Source: a virus. Taken from it: 64,000 nucleotides of DNA. Position numbers and translations under genes: made by a program. The notes beneath the pieces are model-generated. The model ran no database searches. It worked only from the letters and a program-made list of their open reading frames with translations, and was not told the DNA's origin. The stretch lies in the IMG/VR virus record IMGVR_UViG_3300045988_168611, positions 1 to 64,000 of that record, one strand, 5' to 3'. Of this stretch, positions 52,437-62,012 are shown one piece after another (position 1 is the stretch's first letter; every line of letters begins with the position of its first letter).

Positions 52437-52790
52437 TCAGTCAAGGCCGAGAGCGACAGCGATACCGTCCTGAATGGTCTCCAGCTCATGGTCTTCCACA
52501 TGGCCGATGCGGCTCGTGAGTCGGGATTTATCGACGTTTGTCACCTGATTGCACACAGCAATTGATTCTCGGCTGTTGATGTGAACCGTGGGGTTGATGG
52601 TGTTGGTACGACGCTGCTTGTTTGGGGACGTGAGATAAACGACTTGGACGACACCAGATCGCTGGTTGATACCATCGTTGCTCACGATAACAGCAGGTCG
52701 ACCGGACCAGATTTCATTGCCAACAGTTCCGCCACCGGGGACGGGTGCGGCTTCGACGAACCAAACGTCGCCTTGGCGGATAGCACGCAT
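52437..52790 (-). CDS. MazF/PemK-like toxin-fold protein (117 aa)
   Basis: Inner ATG 52790 after AAAGGAG. RQGDVWFVEAAP...GNEIWSGRPAVIVSND...VVQVVYLTS...AVCNQVTNVDKSRL follows the MazF/PemK pattern. Confidence 0.6.
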   Translation of the reverse strand: MRAIRQGDVWFVEAAPVPGGGTVGNEIWSGRPAVIVSNDGINQRSGVVQVVYLTSPNKQRRTNTINPTVHINSRESIAVCNQVTNVDKSRLTSRIGHVEDHELETIQDGIAVALGLD

Positions 52791-52843
52791 GTGCGCTCCT
52801 TTCGAGTAGGGGAGTAGGGAATTAAGTAGATAGAGTGTGAGGG

Positions 52844-52883
52844 TGCCACATTGCCCCTGGGAAACCCCAGGGGCAATGTGGCA
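52844..52883 (-). terminator. 17-bp perfect hairpin after the helicase gene
   Basis: TGCCACATTGCCCCTGG / CCAGGGGCAATGTGGCA with a 6-nt loop. Confidence 0.7.
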
Positions 52884-52904
52884 GGAGGACGGCATAAGGG
52901 CTTG

Positions 52905-55900
52905 TCAGTCCTCGTCCGTCGTCGGATCACTTGGATCCACAGTAAGACCAGCAACGATGCTTCGAATCTGATCGAGATCGTTCTGTGCTGGTTGGGTGGT
53001 GTCCGCCTGAGCAGCGTCTGTCTGATCAGACGGGATTGCATCCTCGATGGCATCAAGGACATCATCCTCGTCAACGACGATTGCGTCGACGGCATGGTTC
53101 TCACCATCGTCATCAATGTCGTTACCAGAGGCGGGGTTGGTCAGCGAGTCAACGATGAGGTTGTAATCGCTGACGATGCGGGCCGACAGCGTGGTGCCAT
53201 GAGAAAGAACGAAGAGAGAGTTCTTGGCGCGCGTGAACGCGACGTAGTAGAGCCTCTTCTTCTCTTCCGTCATGTCCGACTGGTCCTTGTAGACGACAAC
53301 AACGTTGTCGAACTCAAGGCCCTTCACACCATGGACCGTCGACACGATCAGATCCGCCTTGGTTTCAAGATTACGGATCTTGCGTTCCTCGTTGTTGCGA
53401 TGCATAAGCGCATCGCGAATCGAGTTATGGCGAATCTCGTGGTCCAAGATGCACTTCTTCAAACGATCGAAGAAGACCTCCTTGGTGATGATGCCTGCCT
53501 GGTATTCGTACACCCAACCCTGGATAGTGAGGGCGGACGCAGTCCACCATTCACTAGCCATCTTGGCAAGTGCTGCCTGAGCGTTCGGGTTGGCACCCGG
53601 ACCTCGGCTTACGAGTTCCTTGGTGAACACGAACGACGCATTCGCCGGATCAACTGCCTCGATGTCGCTCCAGTGGTGCTCGATGAACGATGAGAAGAAC
53701 GTCGACGCGCGACGCCGATCAGAGATCATCGAGATGACCGAGCGACCAGGGAAGATCTCTTCCAGACGCTTCTGGATGGCGAAAGCCTCTCGACGGGTGA
53801 ACGCCAAGAAGGCGACCTGCTCTCCGCGATTCAGGCATTCCTGGATGTAGGAGTTGACGTGTTTCGAGAGAAGCATCGGTAGGTCGGTGAGGAACTTTCG
53901 ATCAGCCGTGTAGTGCTCGTGCACCACGCGCACCTTCTCCTGGAAGGAGTTTGCCGTCACAGGGGTCAGCGAGTTGGCTCGCAGACGAATCTGTGCAAAC
54001 TGGTTTGCTTCGATCTCAGACAAGAGGTGGACATTCGCCATGTCGAGAACCTCTTGGTTCGATCGATAGTTGGTTTCCAGCTTGTAGGGCGTGAAGACAC
54101 CGGATGATTCGAGTGCATTCAGAGCCTTCGGGTTCGCTGAACGGAACTCGTAGAGCGTCTGCGAACAATCCCCGACAATAAAGAGTGAACAGCCCAACTT
54201 GTTCACCAGACGAAGCAGATAGATAAACTCGAAGACCGAGTTATCCTGTACCTCGTCAATGATGAGGTGGCGGATGTTCAACCCAGTAGGCAGCGGCATC
54301 TTGTCGATCATCTGGTAAGCCAGGATGATCTCAAGCTCTAGCGATGTCTGCTTGATGAGGTTGAGTGCGTCAACCGTCTGCTCCAGGTGTGACTCGATGA
54401 AGTTGTTCAGCGCGGTGTGCGCACCCTCAGAGTTACGACCCTCCAGCCTGCGCAGCTTCTCAGCAAACTGGAACGCGAATGGATCCCCCGGCATATAGAT
54501 GCCCAAGGAGTTAGCGATCGTCTCCACAGAGCTGAGCTCATGAGTGGGGAAGTACGTCATGTACAGATCGTGAATCATTCGCGCGATCGTCATGGAGCGA
54601 ACGTTGGGGTTCTTACGGATGATGTTGTCTGCTGCCGCGTTGGTGAACGACAAGACAGTGATGTCAGCCGGATTGACACCGCACAGGCTGAGCTGCTGGA
54701 TGCGCTCAAGAATGACAGTGCTCTTGCCAGCACCTGCGCCCGCCTGAGTCAGGATGAGCGGTTCAGTCGAGCGCACAGCAGCAAGCTGCTGAGGCGAGAG
54801 CTGTCGCTGCACAGGAATAGTCTTGATGGTCTCCGGTGCACGCTCCAGCTGATCACGCTTGCTACCGAGGTCGCTGAGCGTGTCGTTCATCAGCAAGTTC
54901 ATATTCTGCTTGACCAGGAGCGAAGCGGTCTGGGGATCGCAGAGCATGTTGATGGACGCGTAGATCTTCTTGTATGCAGATAGTGGAACGTTGTACTGCT
55001 CCATGTAGCGCAGCTCGTAGACCATCTGAGCCAACTGTTCATCGTCGTACGAGTGCTTCTTCGACACAAGAGCGTCAATGACATCGTGGATGTCATCGGC
55101 AATGTCATCGCTGCTCCAGCGCTGTGCACTGTCCGTGACGTTGTCGTAGACGCTGTAGTCGGCATAGAACTCAGCCAGCGTGTCAAGGAAGCCGCGCTTA
55201 CGCGAGTGGTTGATTCCGGTGGCTCGGAAGATCTCATCCCACGGCAGATTCTCAGCGTCCTCAGCAGGAGCGTAGCTCCAGTCGGCAATGGCCCACGCCA
55301 GGTTGGCAGCGCTCATCCTGACGGCCTTGTTGGGGAAGGTGCTGATCGTCGTGCTGAGCAACGTAGCGCGAGTGCGGTAGCTCTCGTCCTCTGTGATGAT
55401 GAGCGTGTCATCGGCTTCATCATCGAACAGATCGATGTCATCATCGTCGACCTCAATGAAGTCAGGATCGTCAGGATCGATGGCATCCAGATCATTGATG
55501 AGACGGGCGAGCATCTGATCGCTGAGATCATCGATGTCTTCGCACCTCTTGGGCGGGACAACATAGAGCACAGTGCGGTAAGAGATCTGCAAGTCCTTGA
55601 CCTTGGTCTTGCCGCTGTTGTCCTCACGCATAGCAAGGCCCTGTACGTGGCACGATGCCCAGATGTCAAACGTGTCGGTGTCGTCGGTGAGACGCACAGC
55701 GAACTGGTCCATGTCATCAGGGACAGGCAGGGTCATACGACCGTAGCCCTGCTCGTAGGCGCGCTTCACGATGGTGCCGGTCGGAACGATGCGACTGGTG
55801 ACTGCGTTGGATGTCTGCGACACCTTGTAGCGCAGGTCTGTGGTTCCCATGGTGGTGCGATCCAGTCCCATGGGATAGCGGCCTGGGATGACAGAGCTGT

Positions 55901-56045
55901 TGAGCAAGCCCTGCTTTTTTCCACGACCGGTCAGATGCGACGAGAAGTACTTGGGCGTCACTGCTTTAATGGTGCGCGCCTTGGTTGCTTCGACGGCGGT
56001 GCTGAACTTAGCCGCTTCGTCGAGGTTATCGAGGAGGATGGGCAT
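52905..56045 (-). CDS. UvrD/PcrA/Rep-family SF1 helicase with an N-terminal extension of about 430 aa
   Basis: Motifs TQAGAGAGKST, LIIDEVQDNS, VGDCSQTLYEFRSANP, ETNYRSNQ, STVHGVKGLEFDNVVV and RLYYVAFTRAKNSL. Confidence 0.8.
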   Translation of the reverse strand: MPILLDNLDEAAKFSTAVEATKARTIKAVTPKYFSSHLTGRGKKQGLLNSSVIPGRYPMGLDRTTMGTTDLRYKVSQTSNAVTSRIVPTGTIVKRAYEQGYGRMTLPVPDDMDQFAVRLTDDTDTFDIWASCHVQGLAMREDNSGKTKVKDLQISYRTVLYVVPPKRCEDIDDLSDQMLARLINDLDAIDPDDPDFIEVDDDDIDLFDDEADDTLIITEDESYRTRATLLSTTISTFPNKAVRMSAANLAWAIADWSYAPAEDAENLPWDEIFRATGINHSRKRGFLDTLAEFYADYSVYDNVTDSAQRWSSDDIADDIHDVIDALVSKKHSYDDEQLAQMVYELRYMEQYNVPLSAYKKIYASINMLCDPQTASLLVKQNMNLLMNDTLSDLGSKRDQLERAPETIKTIPVQRQLSPQQLAAVRSTEPLILTQAGAGAGKSTVILERIQQLSLCGVNPADITVLSFTNAAADNIIRKNPNVRSMTIARMIHDLYMTYFPTHELSSVETIANSLGIYMPGDPFAFQFAEKLRRLEGRNSEGAHTALNNFIESHLEQTVDALNLIKQTSLELEIILAYQMIDKMPLPTGLNIRHLIIDEVQDNSVFEFIYLLRLVNKLGCSLFIVGDCSQTLYEFRSANPKALNALESSGVFTPYKLETNYRSNQEVLDMANVHLLSEIEANQFAQIRLRANSLTPVTANSFQEKVRVVHEHYTADRKFLTDLPMLLSKHVNSYIQECLNRGEQVAFLAFTRREAFAIQKRLEEIFPGRSVISMISDRRRASTFFSSFIEHHWSDIEAVDPANASFVFTKELVSRGPGANPNAQAALAKMASEWWTASALTIQGWVYEYQAGIITKEVFFDRLKKCILDHEIRHNSIRDALMHRNNEERKIRNLETKADLIVSTVHGVKGLEFDNVVVVYKDQSDMTEEKKRLYYVAFTRAKNSLFVLSHGTTLSARIVSDYNLIVDSLTNPASGNDIDDDGENHAVDAIVVDEDDVLDAIEDAIPSDQTDAAQADTTQPAQNDLDQIRSIVAGLTVDPSDPTTDED

Positions 56046-56064
56046 ATGAGCCCTCCTTTCTTTT

Positions 56065-56091
56065 TGAATAAAGTGACAAGAATTGAATAAG
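56065..56091 (-). promoter_or_regulatory. TTTATTCA box next to the SD, plus an upstream CTTATTCA copy (helicase gene)
   Basis: The minus strand reads CTTATTCAATTCTTGTCACTTTATTCAAAAAGAAAGGAGGGCTCATATG. Confidence 0.45.
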
Positions 56092-56174
56092 TGTGTGCAT
56101 GCGCACTATCGATCGGCCTGTCAGCGTATATTGCCAACAGGCCGACCGATGAGAATGGTGATTGGGATTGGTGA

Positions 56175-56846
56175 TCACACAAGCTTGTAGCCGATGATCT
56201 CCATATCGTCGTCAGTGTCGGGATCGATGAGAGTTCCCACATCGGGCAGATCGCTCAGCGGCTGGTCGTAGAGACAGCCTTTTTCGTCCGTGTAGACGAT
56301 GTACACCGAGTCAAGGTTCTTGTGGAGCTTGGGCGCATAGGGCGACAGCAGACCGTAGAGTGCGAGGGTGCTCTCGACCTGCTTTTCCCATGCTGGGGTA
56401 AGGGTTGTCTCAATGAGACGCGCGAGGCCTTCCTTTGTCTCGATGCCTTCGAGCATGCAGGGTGTCGTGCGTAGATACTGCGCAGCACGGCGTTGGCTCT
56501 TATCGGTGATGATGGTGTTGTGACGATCGTTGGGATCGTCTTCTCGCAGCCAATACCAACCATTGTCAAGTGCGTACATGGGCGCACCAGTTCGTGCATC
56601 AGAAAGATGGAGATCGACGAGCTGGCGAAGCCACGGGAACGCCTGAAGGATGTGGTCATGGACCATGCCGCAGTCGTCGGGTTCACTGTCGAAGAAGAAT
56701 CCGTCGTTGTCTTGGCGCTCGTAATACACCTCGCCAGTAACGCTGATGCGGTCATCGTTAATGCCGTATGTGGCGATGACCTTGATGCGGGTGCCGTTAG
56801 ATTCAGTGATGATGTCCTCAACGGTATTCGTGCATGTGTAACGCAT
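56175..56846 (-). CDS. hypothetical protein (223 aa)
   Basis: ORF track. TAAGGAG SD. Confidence 0.6.
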   Translation of the reverse strand: MRYTCTNTVEDIITESNGTRIKVIATYGINDDRISVTGEVYYERQDNDGFFFDSEPDDCGMVHDHILQAFPWLRQLVDLHLSDARTGAPMYALDNGWYWLREDDPNDRHNTIITDKSQRRAAQYLRTTPCMLEGIETKEGLARLIETTLTPAWEKQVESTLALYGLLSPYAPKLHKNLDSVYIVYTDEKGCLYDQPLSDLPDVGTLIDPDTDDDMEIIGYKLV

Positions 56847-56885
56847 GGAAGCTCCTTATGTGTCAGTGATGAGAAATGTGGGTGT

Positions 56886-56939
56886 GGTTCGCCTACGCAA
56901 TGAGGTGGGATATACACCTGTTTGTTGCGTAGGCGAACC
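56886..56939 (-). terminator. 15-bp perfect hairpin GGTTCGCCTACGCAA/TTGCGTAGGCGAACC
   Basis: Read directly after the stop at 56948. Confidence 0.65.
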
Positions 56940-56947
56940 GTTGCTGG

Positions 56948-58816
56948 TTAGTTACTCGCAGCGGAGAGCAGAGAGTCTTCGATGAAACCTCGAATAGCGC
57001 GAACAGCAGGGCGTGCGCCCTGATCCTTCAAGTATGTCTCTGCCACCAATCGATCGATGGTGTCATCGTCGATGGGATCGAAGCTCATACCTGGGTTCTC
57101 AGCGCAAATACGCGCCACTTGGCGATCATATTCATCACGCAGAATCTCAGCGTATTCGCTGGTTCCTAGCGGCATGAATGCGATGAGGTCATCGAACCTA
57201 CCAAGTAGTTCTGCGTCAAAGCTATTCTGGAGCTCATTGGTGAGGACCTGTTTGGTGATACTCTGCGTATGGTTACCGAACCCCATCTGGGAGCCAGAGA
57301 GCTTTTGCCTACCAGCATTCGTTGTTGCGATGACAATGCAACGAGACATGTCGACAGCAGGGCCGTTGGCCATCTGGATTTCGCCAGTATCGAGCGCGGA
57401 GAGGAACAGTCGCTGTACCGACATGTGAGCCTTCTCGAACTCATCCAGAACGATGACTCGATAGGGGTTCGATGCCAACGTGTCAAACGGTCGTTCTCGT
57501 GCACTCTCAGACCCAACGTATCCAGAGGGGGAACCAATGATCCTGTTGATCGTGTGGGCATCGTGGAACTCAGCCATGTTGAGCAAAATAGGTTCCTGTC
57601 CCGTGACCATCTGGGAGATGATCTTGGCGGTCTCGGACTTGCCCACGCCGGATGCTCCGGCGAAAAGCCACGATGTTGGTCGCGTTTGGGGGAAGATGTT
57701 CAGCTCGCGGCGACGCAGTGCGTCAACGAGACGCGGAAGCACGTCTTCCTGGCCCTTGAGCCTGGAGAGTTCACTCTCCAGAGTCTCGACATCAAGCTGC
57801 GGTGGCTGTGACTGGCCGGTTACAAGCAGCATGGCGATCGTATTGAGGCGCTTGGAGGTCAACGGGATCTGGGTGATTTGCTGAAGCATCTGTGCATACG
57901 ATGCGTTGCCAGAAGCAAGTGCTTCCTGGATCGCAGCGTGATGGCTGATCACGCTGTGGCTCAGTGCTCGATCGAGCAGCGTGATGGCCGTATCGGGGCG
58001 GTGTCCGGTGCTCATGAGACGATCAGCCGTGACAACGATGTCATCGAGGACATCAGATGCCACACTGACCTTGTTCTGGTAGTGCGTGAGCATGCCGGGC
58101 AGAACGACATCGAGAATCGAACGGGTCTGCTCTCGGTTAAGCTCATCGACGATGACAGACGAGAAGCGACGCTTGAATGCCGGATCGTCATCGAGGCGCT
58201 TTGCCTCACCCATCGTCGTTGCTGCGATGACGCGCAGGTATCCTCGGGCCAATGCGGGCTTGAGGATCTGTGCGATTTTTGAGTACGTAGGGTTGCTGTC
58301 ATCGGCGATGATGTGGATCTCATCAATGAAGAGCAGTGCGTCATTGTCTGGATCCTGGGCGAACTTAATAATGTCGGTGATCCTGTTTTCCAGTTCACCG
58401 ACGATACCAGCGCCTGCAACGAGAGTGGCGATCGGCAACTCATAGATGGTGGTGTTCTTGAGTTGCGGAGGCACGGATGCTTCCTGGTTAGCAATGCGCC
58501 GGGCGATCTCTTCGACGATGGCGGTCTTGCCAACACCTGCTGGTCCGACAAGAAGCGCGTTCGGCTTGCGCGACGATGAGATGATGCTCATCGTCTGAGT
58601 GACGATCTCGTCACGGAAGAGTGCTGGAGAGGACTTCTTGTATTCCTCGTTGTAGTTGATGAGCATGTCATCAATCTCGGAGCCACCGGTGATCGCGTGA
58701 TTGTGCGATGGCGCAGACGGGCCGACGCTGACGATGTTAGGCGCACCAGAGCCAACGCCTGATCCGGTCGGGTTGTTAGCGTCGTCGTCATTGGGCGTGA
58801 AGTTGGACAGGCCCAT
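56948..58816 (-). CDS. Clp/Hsp100-like double-AAA+ ATPase (622 aa, intein-free paralogue-type)
   Basis: NBD1: LLVGPAGVGKTA, LLFIDEIH. NBD2: LFAGASGVGKSE, VIVLDEFEKA, VIATTNAG, AELLGRFDDLIAFMPL. Confidence 0.8.
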   Translation of the reverse strand: MGLSNFTPNDDDANNPTGSGVGSGAPNIVSVGPSAPSHNHAITGGSEIDDMLINYNEEYKKSSPALFRDEIVTQTMSIISSSRKPNALLVGPAGVGKTAIVEEIARRIANQEASVPPQLKNTTIYELPIATLVAGAGIVGELENRITDIIKFAQDPDNDALLFIDEIHIIADDSNPTYSKIAQILKPALARGYLRVIAATTMGEAKRLDDDPAFKRRFSSVIVDELNREQTRSILDVVLPGMLTHYQNKVSVASDVLDDIVVTADRLMSTGHRPDTAITLLDRALSHSVISHHAAIQEALASGNASYAQMLQQITQIPLTSKRLNTIAMLLVTGQSQPPQLDVETLESELSRLKGQEDVLPRLVDALRRRELNIFPQTRPTSWLFAGASGVGKSETAKIISQMVTGQEPILLNMAEFHDAHTINRIIGSPSGYVGSESARERPFDTLASNPYRVIVLDEFEKAHMSVQRLFLSALDTGEIQMANGPAVDMSRCIVIATTNAGRQKLSGSQMGFGNHTQSITKQVLTNELQNSFDAELLGRFDDLIAFMPLGTSEYAEILRDEYDRQVARICAENPGMSFDPIDDDTIDRLVAETYLKDQGARPAVRAIRGFIEDSLLSAASN

Positions 58817-58833
58817 AGGCGTGCCTCCTTTTT

Positions 58834-58858
58834 TGAATAAATGGGAATTGAATGAATA
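58834..58858 (-). promoter_or_regulatory. TTTATTCA box next to the SD, plus an upstream TATTCATTCA copy (Clp-like gene)
   Basis: The minus strand reads ACTATTCATTCAATTCCCATTTATTCAAAAAAGGAGGCACGCCTATG. Confidence 0.45.
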
Positions 58859-58927
58859 GTTTGTGGACCCTCCCTCCCTCTCTTTTTCACCAGTAGGTGG
58901 TCACAAGAGGGGAGAGAGGGCTCAGTG

Positions 58928-60628
58928 TCACTTGGTCATGCCGAGGATGCGAGAGCCCGTACTGGGGTCGATCGTCTGCATGTGATGAGTGAAACTCTTA
59001 GCGCTTTCGCGCAAGGAGTTGTACCAGTTGTCTGGGACAGAGATTGGTACGTAATAGAGGTTCTCAGGAACCTCAAGGTGGTACGAACCGGGCCACCACT
59101 CGAAGTCGGTGATGACCAGGTTGAGTCGACGCTTGAGCGTCTGGTGTTCGTTAATGAGCTTGTAAATCTGCTCATAATCGGTACCCCCGCTCACCTTGGG
59201 CACGGCAGCAAACTGCTTCCATACCTGAGTGATAGAGCGATTCTTGATGCGAAGGCGCACAGGTGTCGACATGACGTGCGAGAAACTCGTGAAGTACAAA
59301 TCCACGCCCATTCGCTGAGCGAACTGGATGAGCATCTTGATCGTGTCCTCGTAGTTCTCCGTGGAAATCGATCCAGACGTATCCAGGTAAATGTGAATGT
59401 CTGGCATGTACTTGCGGGAGACAACCTTGCCTGGCTTATTCGGGTCGTTCGGCTGACGCCTATTGGCTCGAACAAAGCTCGTGCTCACATTCCTGATGGA
59501 ATTGAGAGACTGATTGACCTTCGACATGCGCGTGAGAACTCGCATGACCGACTTGTAGATGTCGACAGGTCTGGTGGGTCGCTTGCGGAACACCACACGA
59601 CCGCTACGGCCCGCTTGTTGCTGTGCGTTGGACAGGCTGTTGGCAGCCTGTACAGACGCCTTTTGCTGGGCGCGTGCCAGCGCTGTCAGCTTGCTGAGCT
59701 GACCCGGCGTGATGAGCTTGACCGGGTTGTGGAGGGACTTCATGATGAGATCCCACTCAGCGTTGATCTTGCGCATCGACGCCCTGGCATGAGCTTCGAC
59801 GTTGATGAGAACCAACGTACGAGGCAGTGCCAGCTCAGCGATGCTGAATGGCAGCATGCCGCATGTTTCAGGCGCACCAGGCTGGTTAGTCTGCTGCATA
59901 TGGGTCCACGTACTGAGAGCCCACATGAGCACACGTGCGAACGAGTACTCATCGAGGGCCTGCGAGTCATTCGCTCGCAGAATCAGAGACTCAGTGAGGC
60001 CGTTCAGGTCAATTTTGTCGAACTGCTGGAACATCCGGTTGTTAGCCGGAGTAATGTTCGATGCGATCTTGCTGAGCTCGCCACGTAGCCATGTCTTGAA
60101 ACTGTCGAATTCTGCATCTGTGCGGAACCAGAAGCCGATTGTGTGCGGATGGAACGTCCATCCCAGGGACACCAACAGGAGGTCCGTACCGGCATTGCCA
60201 GCAAGTACATCCTTAGCGGTAGGCATCACGTCGCTCTGCGTGGTGTACAGAGCCTTGCTGGGATCAGGGAGCTTACAACGCGCAGCTGCCTGGGTGATGA
60301 ACGCTTCGTCGATAGGCGATGATGCGGACGGAATCCATCGAACAAGAGACTGTTCGAAGATCGCACCCATAGTGGCTTGTGCGTCTGCATCGAGGACTTC
60401 GCCAACGGCTCGAAGAAGGAGGTCGTTCACTTCGTCAGAGTCACAGTCGCGTCCGTCGATCGTCAGATCGACATGACCGCCTGGAGTGAGTGGCTCGAAG
60501 ATGGTCTGTGTGATCATCGTTTCGAGTGTAGCGAGGGGTTCGCAATCACCCGTGAAAGGGGCGATGGGAACATACTGGTCGATATGATTGGGCTTTTGCC
60601 CGGTGAGGGTAATAGATGGAGAAGCCAT
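58928..60628 (-). CDS. von Willebrand factor A (VWA) domain protein
   Basis: MIDAS-type motif DIHIYLDTSGSIS in the C-terminal third. Start probably ATG 60628; the track uses GTG 60634. Confidence 0.6.
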   Translation of the reverse strand: MASPSITLTGQKPNHIDQYVPIAPFTGDCEPLATLETMITQTIFEPLTPGGHVDLTIDGRDCDSDEVNDLLLRAVGEVLDADAQATMGAIFEQSLVRWIPSASSPIDEAFITQAAARCKLPDPSKALYTTQSDVMPTAKDVLAGNAGTDLLLVSLGWTFHPHTIGFWFRTDAEFDSFKTWLRGELSKIASNITPANNRMFQQFDKIDLNGLTESLILRANDSQALDEYSFARVLMWALSTWTHMQQTNQPGAPETCGMLPFSIAELALPRTLVLINVEAHARASMRKINAEWDLIMKSLHNPVKLITPGQLSKLTALARAQQKASVQAANSLSNAQQQAGRSGRVVFRKRPTRPVDIYKSVMRVLTRMSKVNQSLNSIRNVSTSFVRANRRQPNDPNKPGKVVSRKYMPDIHIYLDTSGSISTENYEDTIKMLIQFAQRMGVDLYFTSFSHVMSTPVRLRIKNRSITQVWKQFAAVPKVSGGTDYEQIYKLINEHQTLKRRLNLVITDFEWWPGSYHLEVPENLYYVPISVPDNWYNSLRESAKSFTHHMQTIDPSTGSRILGMTK

Positions 60629-60641
60629 CGTCACCCCTTTC

Positions 60642-60649
60642 TGAATAAA
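60642..60649 (-). promoter_or_regulatory. TTTATTCA box next to the SD (VWA gene)
   Basis: The minus strand reads CCCGTTTATTCAGAAAGGGGTGACGATG. Confidence 0.45.
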
Positions 60650-60667
60650 CGGGAGCTATATGTGGTC

Positions 60668-60711
60668 GTGTCCGGCGTAGCCGAAGGAGAATGAAGTGCT
60701 ACGCCGGACAC
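60668..60711 (-). terminator. 13-bp perfect hairpin GTGTCCGGCGTAG/CTACGCCGGACAC after the MoxR-like gene
   Basis: Read directly. Confidence 0.6.
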
Positions 60712-60724
60712 GATGTCTGTGAAC

Positions 60725-61975
60725 TCAGTCGATGCCCATGGCTGCGATGACCGTGTTGATCTTGAGCGCGACACCGTCGCTCAGATGCATGAGCGTGTCG
60801 CAGTTCTTCTTATGGAGTGCGTCACTCGACCACAAGACAATGAGATCGTTGATGTGGCTCTGTTCGAGCTTGTCGAGTCGTGCATTCAACGCCTGGATAA
60901 TCACATGGTTGTCTTCGCGCTCGTACATAGCGAACACGAGGCAACCGGATGCGTCATTGTCGGTCATGGTTGCAACAACCTGGTTGACAGCATCAACGCT
61001 GGTCATCGCGGCCTTCTTGAGCTCGTTGTAGATGCGAGGCTTGACAACGCGCTGAGCATTGTTGTTACCCGTGCTGCCCTTGCTGAGCTCATCGCTGATG
61101 GCGCCCATCAGCAAGGTGGTGAACGAGGTGTTGCCGGTCATACCTTCGATGACCTCCTGGAGATAGGAGACATGTCGACCGTCTCGGGTCGTCGATGGAG
61201 TAGCCATGAGACTGGCAATCTCTTCGAATGACAGCACGTTGAGATACTGCGACACACCGTCGATCGTACGCGGAGTAGCGAACGGTCGAATCTCTTCGGT
61301 TCCGTCGAAAAGGTCGAAGACGGACACCGTGGCGTTGTCGTCATCATCGTCGTCTTGACCATCTGCGACAGCCTGCTCGTTGGTGTTCTTGACGAACACC
61401 GTCTCAGGGTGCTTTTCGAGCACAGTTTTCACGCACGGGTGAAGGTTCTTGTCGAGAACCTCGATAAGCGTCGACGCGTCGGGCGCAACGTTGATGATGG
61501 CGAATCGGGAGACCGACGCGTCATCAAGGGCAGTCACGTTGCCCTTGTCATTACCCGCCACGATAATGCGCAGGTTCTTAGGTAGATCCTCGTTACCAAT
61601 GCGACGCAGCGTCACAAGGGTGAGAGTTCCCGAAGTCACGTCAGACGTGGTTCGGTTGATCTCGTCAAGAAAGAGAATCGGCTGCTCGTTTGGGTTGTTC
61701 TTGGCGTAATTGATTGCCTGGGAGATGGTGTCATGTGGGAAGAACTTCTGGGACCAGATACCGGTCTTTTCGTCCAGAACAAGACGTGCGCCCGTCAGGT
61801 CAGCCTTGTCGGCCAACAGGTTGCACGGAAGCGTGAAGCACTTCGTGTTGGTGCGTCGTGCCACGTCTTCGACAAACGACGACTTGCCGATACCCGGCTC
61901 TCCCATGAGAGCAGGGACACGGTTAGCATCCAGTAGCTTGATCGTGGTGGTGACAAGCATCTCGTTGAATAGCAT
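60725..61975 (-). CDS. MoxR-like AAA+ ATPase
   Basis: Walker A LMGEPGIGKSS. Walker B ILFLDEINRT. Followed by a VWA gene, the classic MoxR-VWA pairing. Confidence 0.7.
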   Translation of the reverse strand: MLFNEMLVTTTIKLLDANRVPALMGEPGIGKSSFVEDVARRTNTKCFTLPCNLLADKADLTGARLVLDEKTGIWSQKFFPHDTISQAINYAKNNPNEQPILFLDEINRTTSDVTSGTLTLVTLRRIGNEDLPKNLRIIVAGNDKGNVTALDDASVSRFAIINVAPDASTLIEVLDKNLHPCVKTVLEKHPETVFVKNTNEQAVADGQDDDDDDNATVSVFDLFDGTEEIRPFATPRTIDGVSQYLNVLSFEEIASLMATPSTTRDGRHVSYLQEVIEGMTGNTSFTTLLMGAISDELSKGSTGNNNAQRVVKPRIYNELKKAAMTSVDAVNQVVATMTDNDASGCLVFAMYEREDNHVIIQALNARLDKLEQSHINDLIVLWSSDALHKKNCDTLMHLSDGVALKINTVIAAMGID

Positions 61976-61989
61976 GGGGTATTGCCTCC

Positions 61990-62012
61990 TGAATAAAGGT
62001 TGGTTGAATAAA
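61990..62012 (-). promoter_or_regulatory. two TTTATTCA boxes, the proximal one fused to the SD (MoxR-like gene)
   Basis: The minus strand reads CTTCTTTATTCAACCAACCTTTATTCAGGAGGCAATACCCCATG. Confidence 0.45.

Noticed and set aside
52791-52895. N-terminal 35-codon extension of the MazF-like ORF (track start 52895)
   Set aside because: The extension runs through the 17-bp terminator hairpin of the helicase gene. ATG 52790 has a proper AAAGGAG SD and gives a canonical MazF-length protein.
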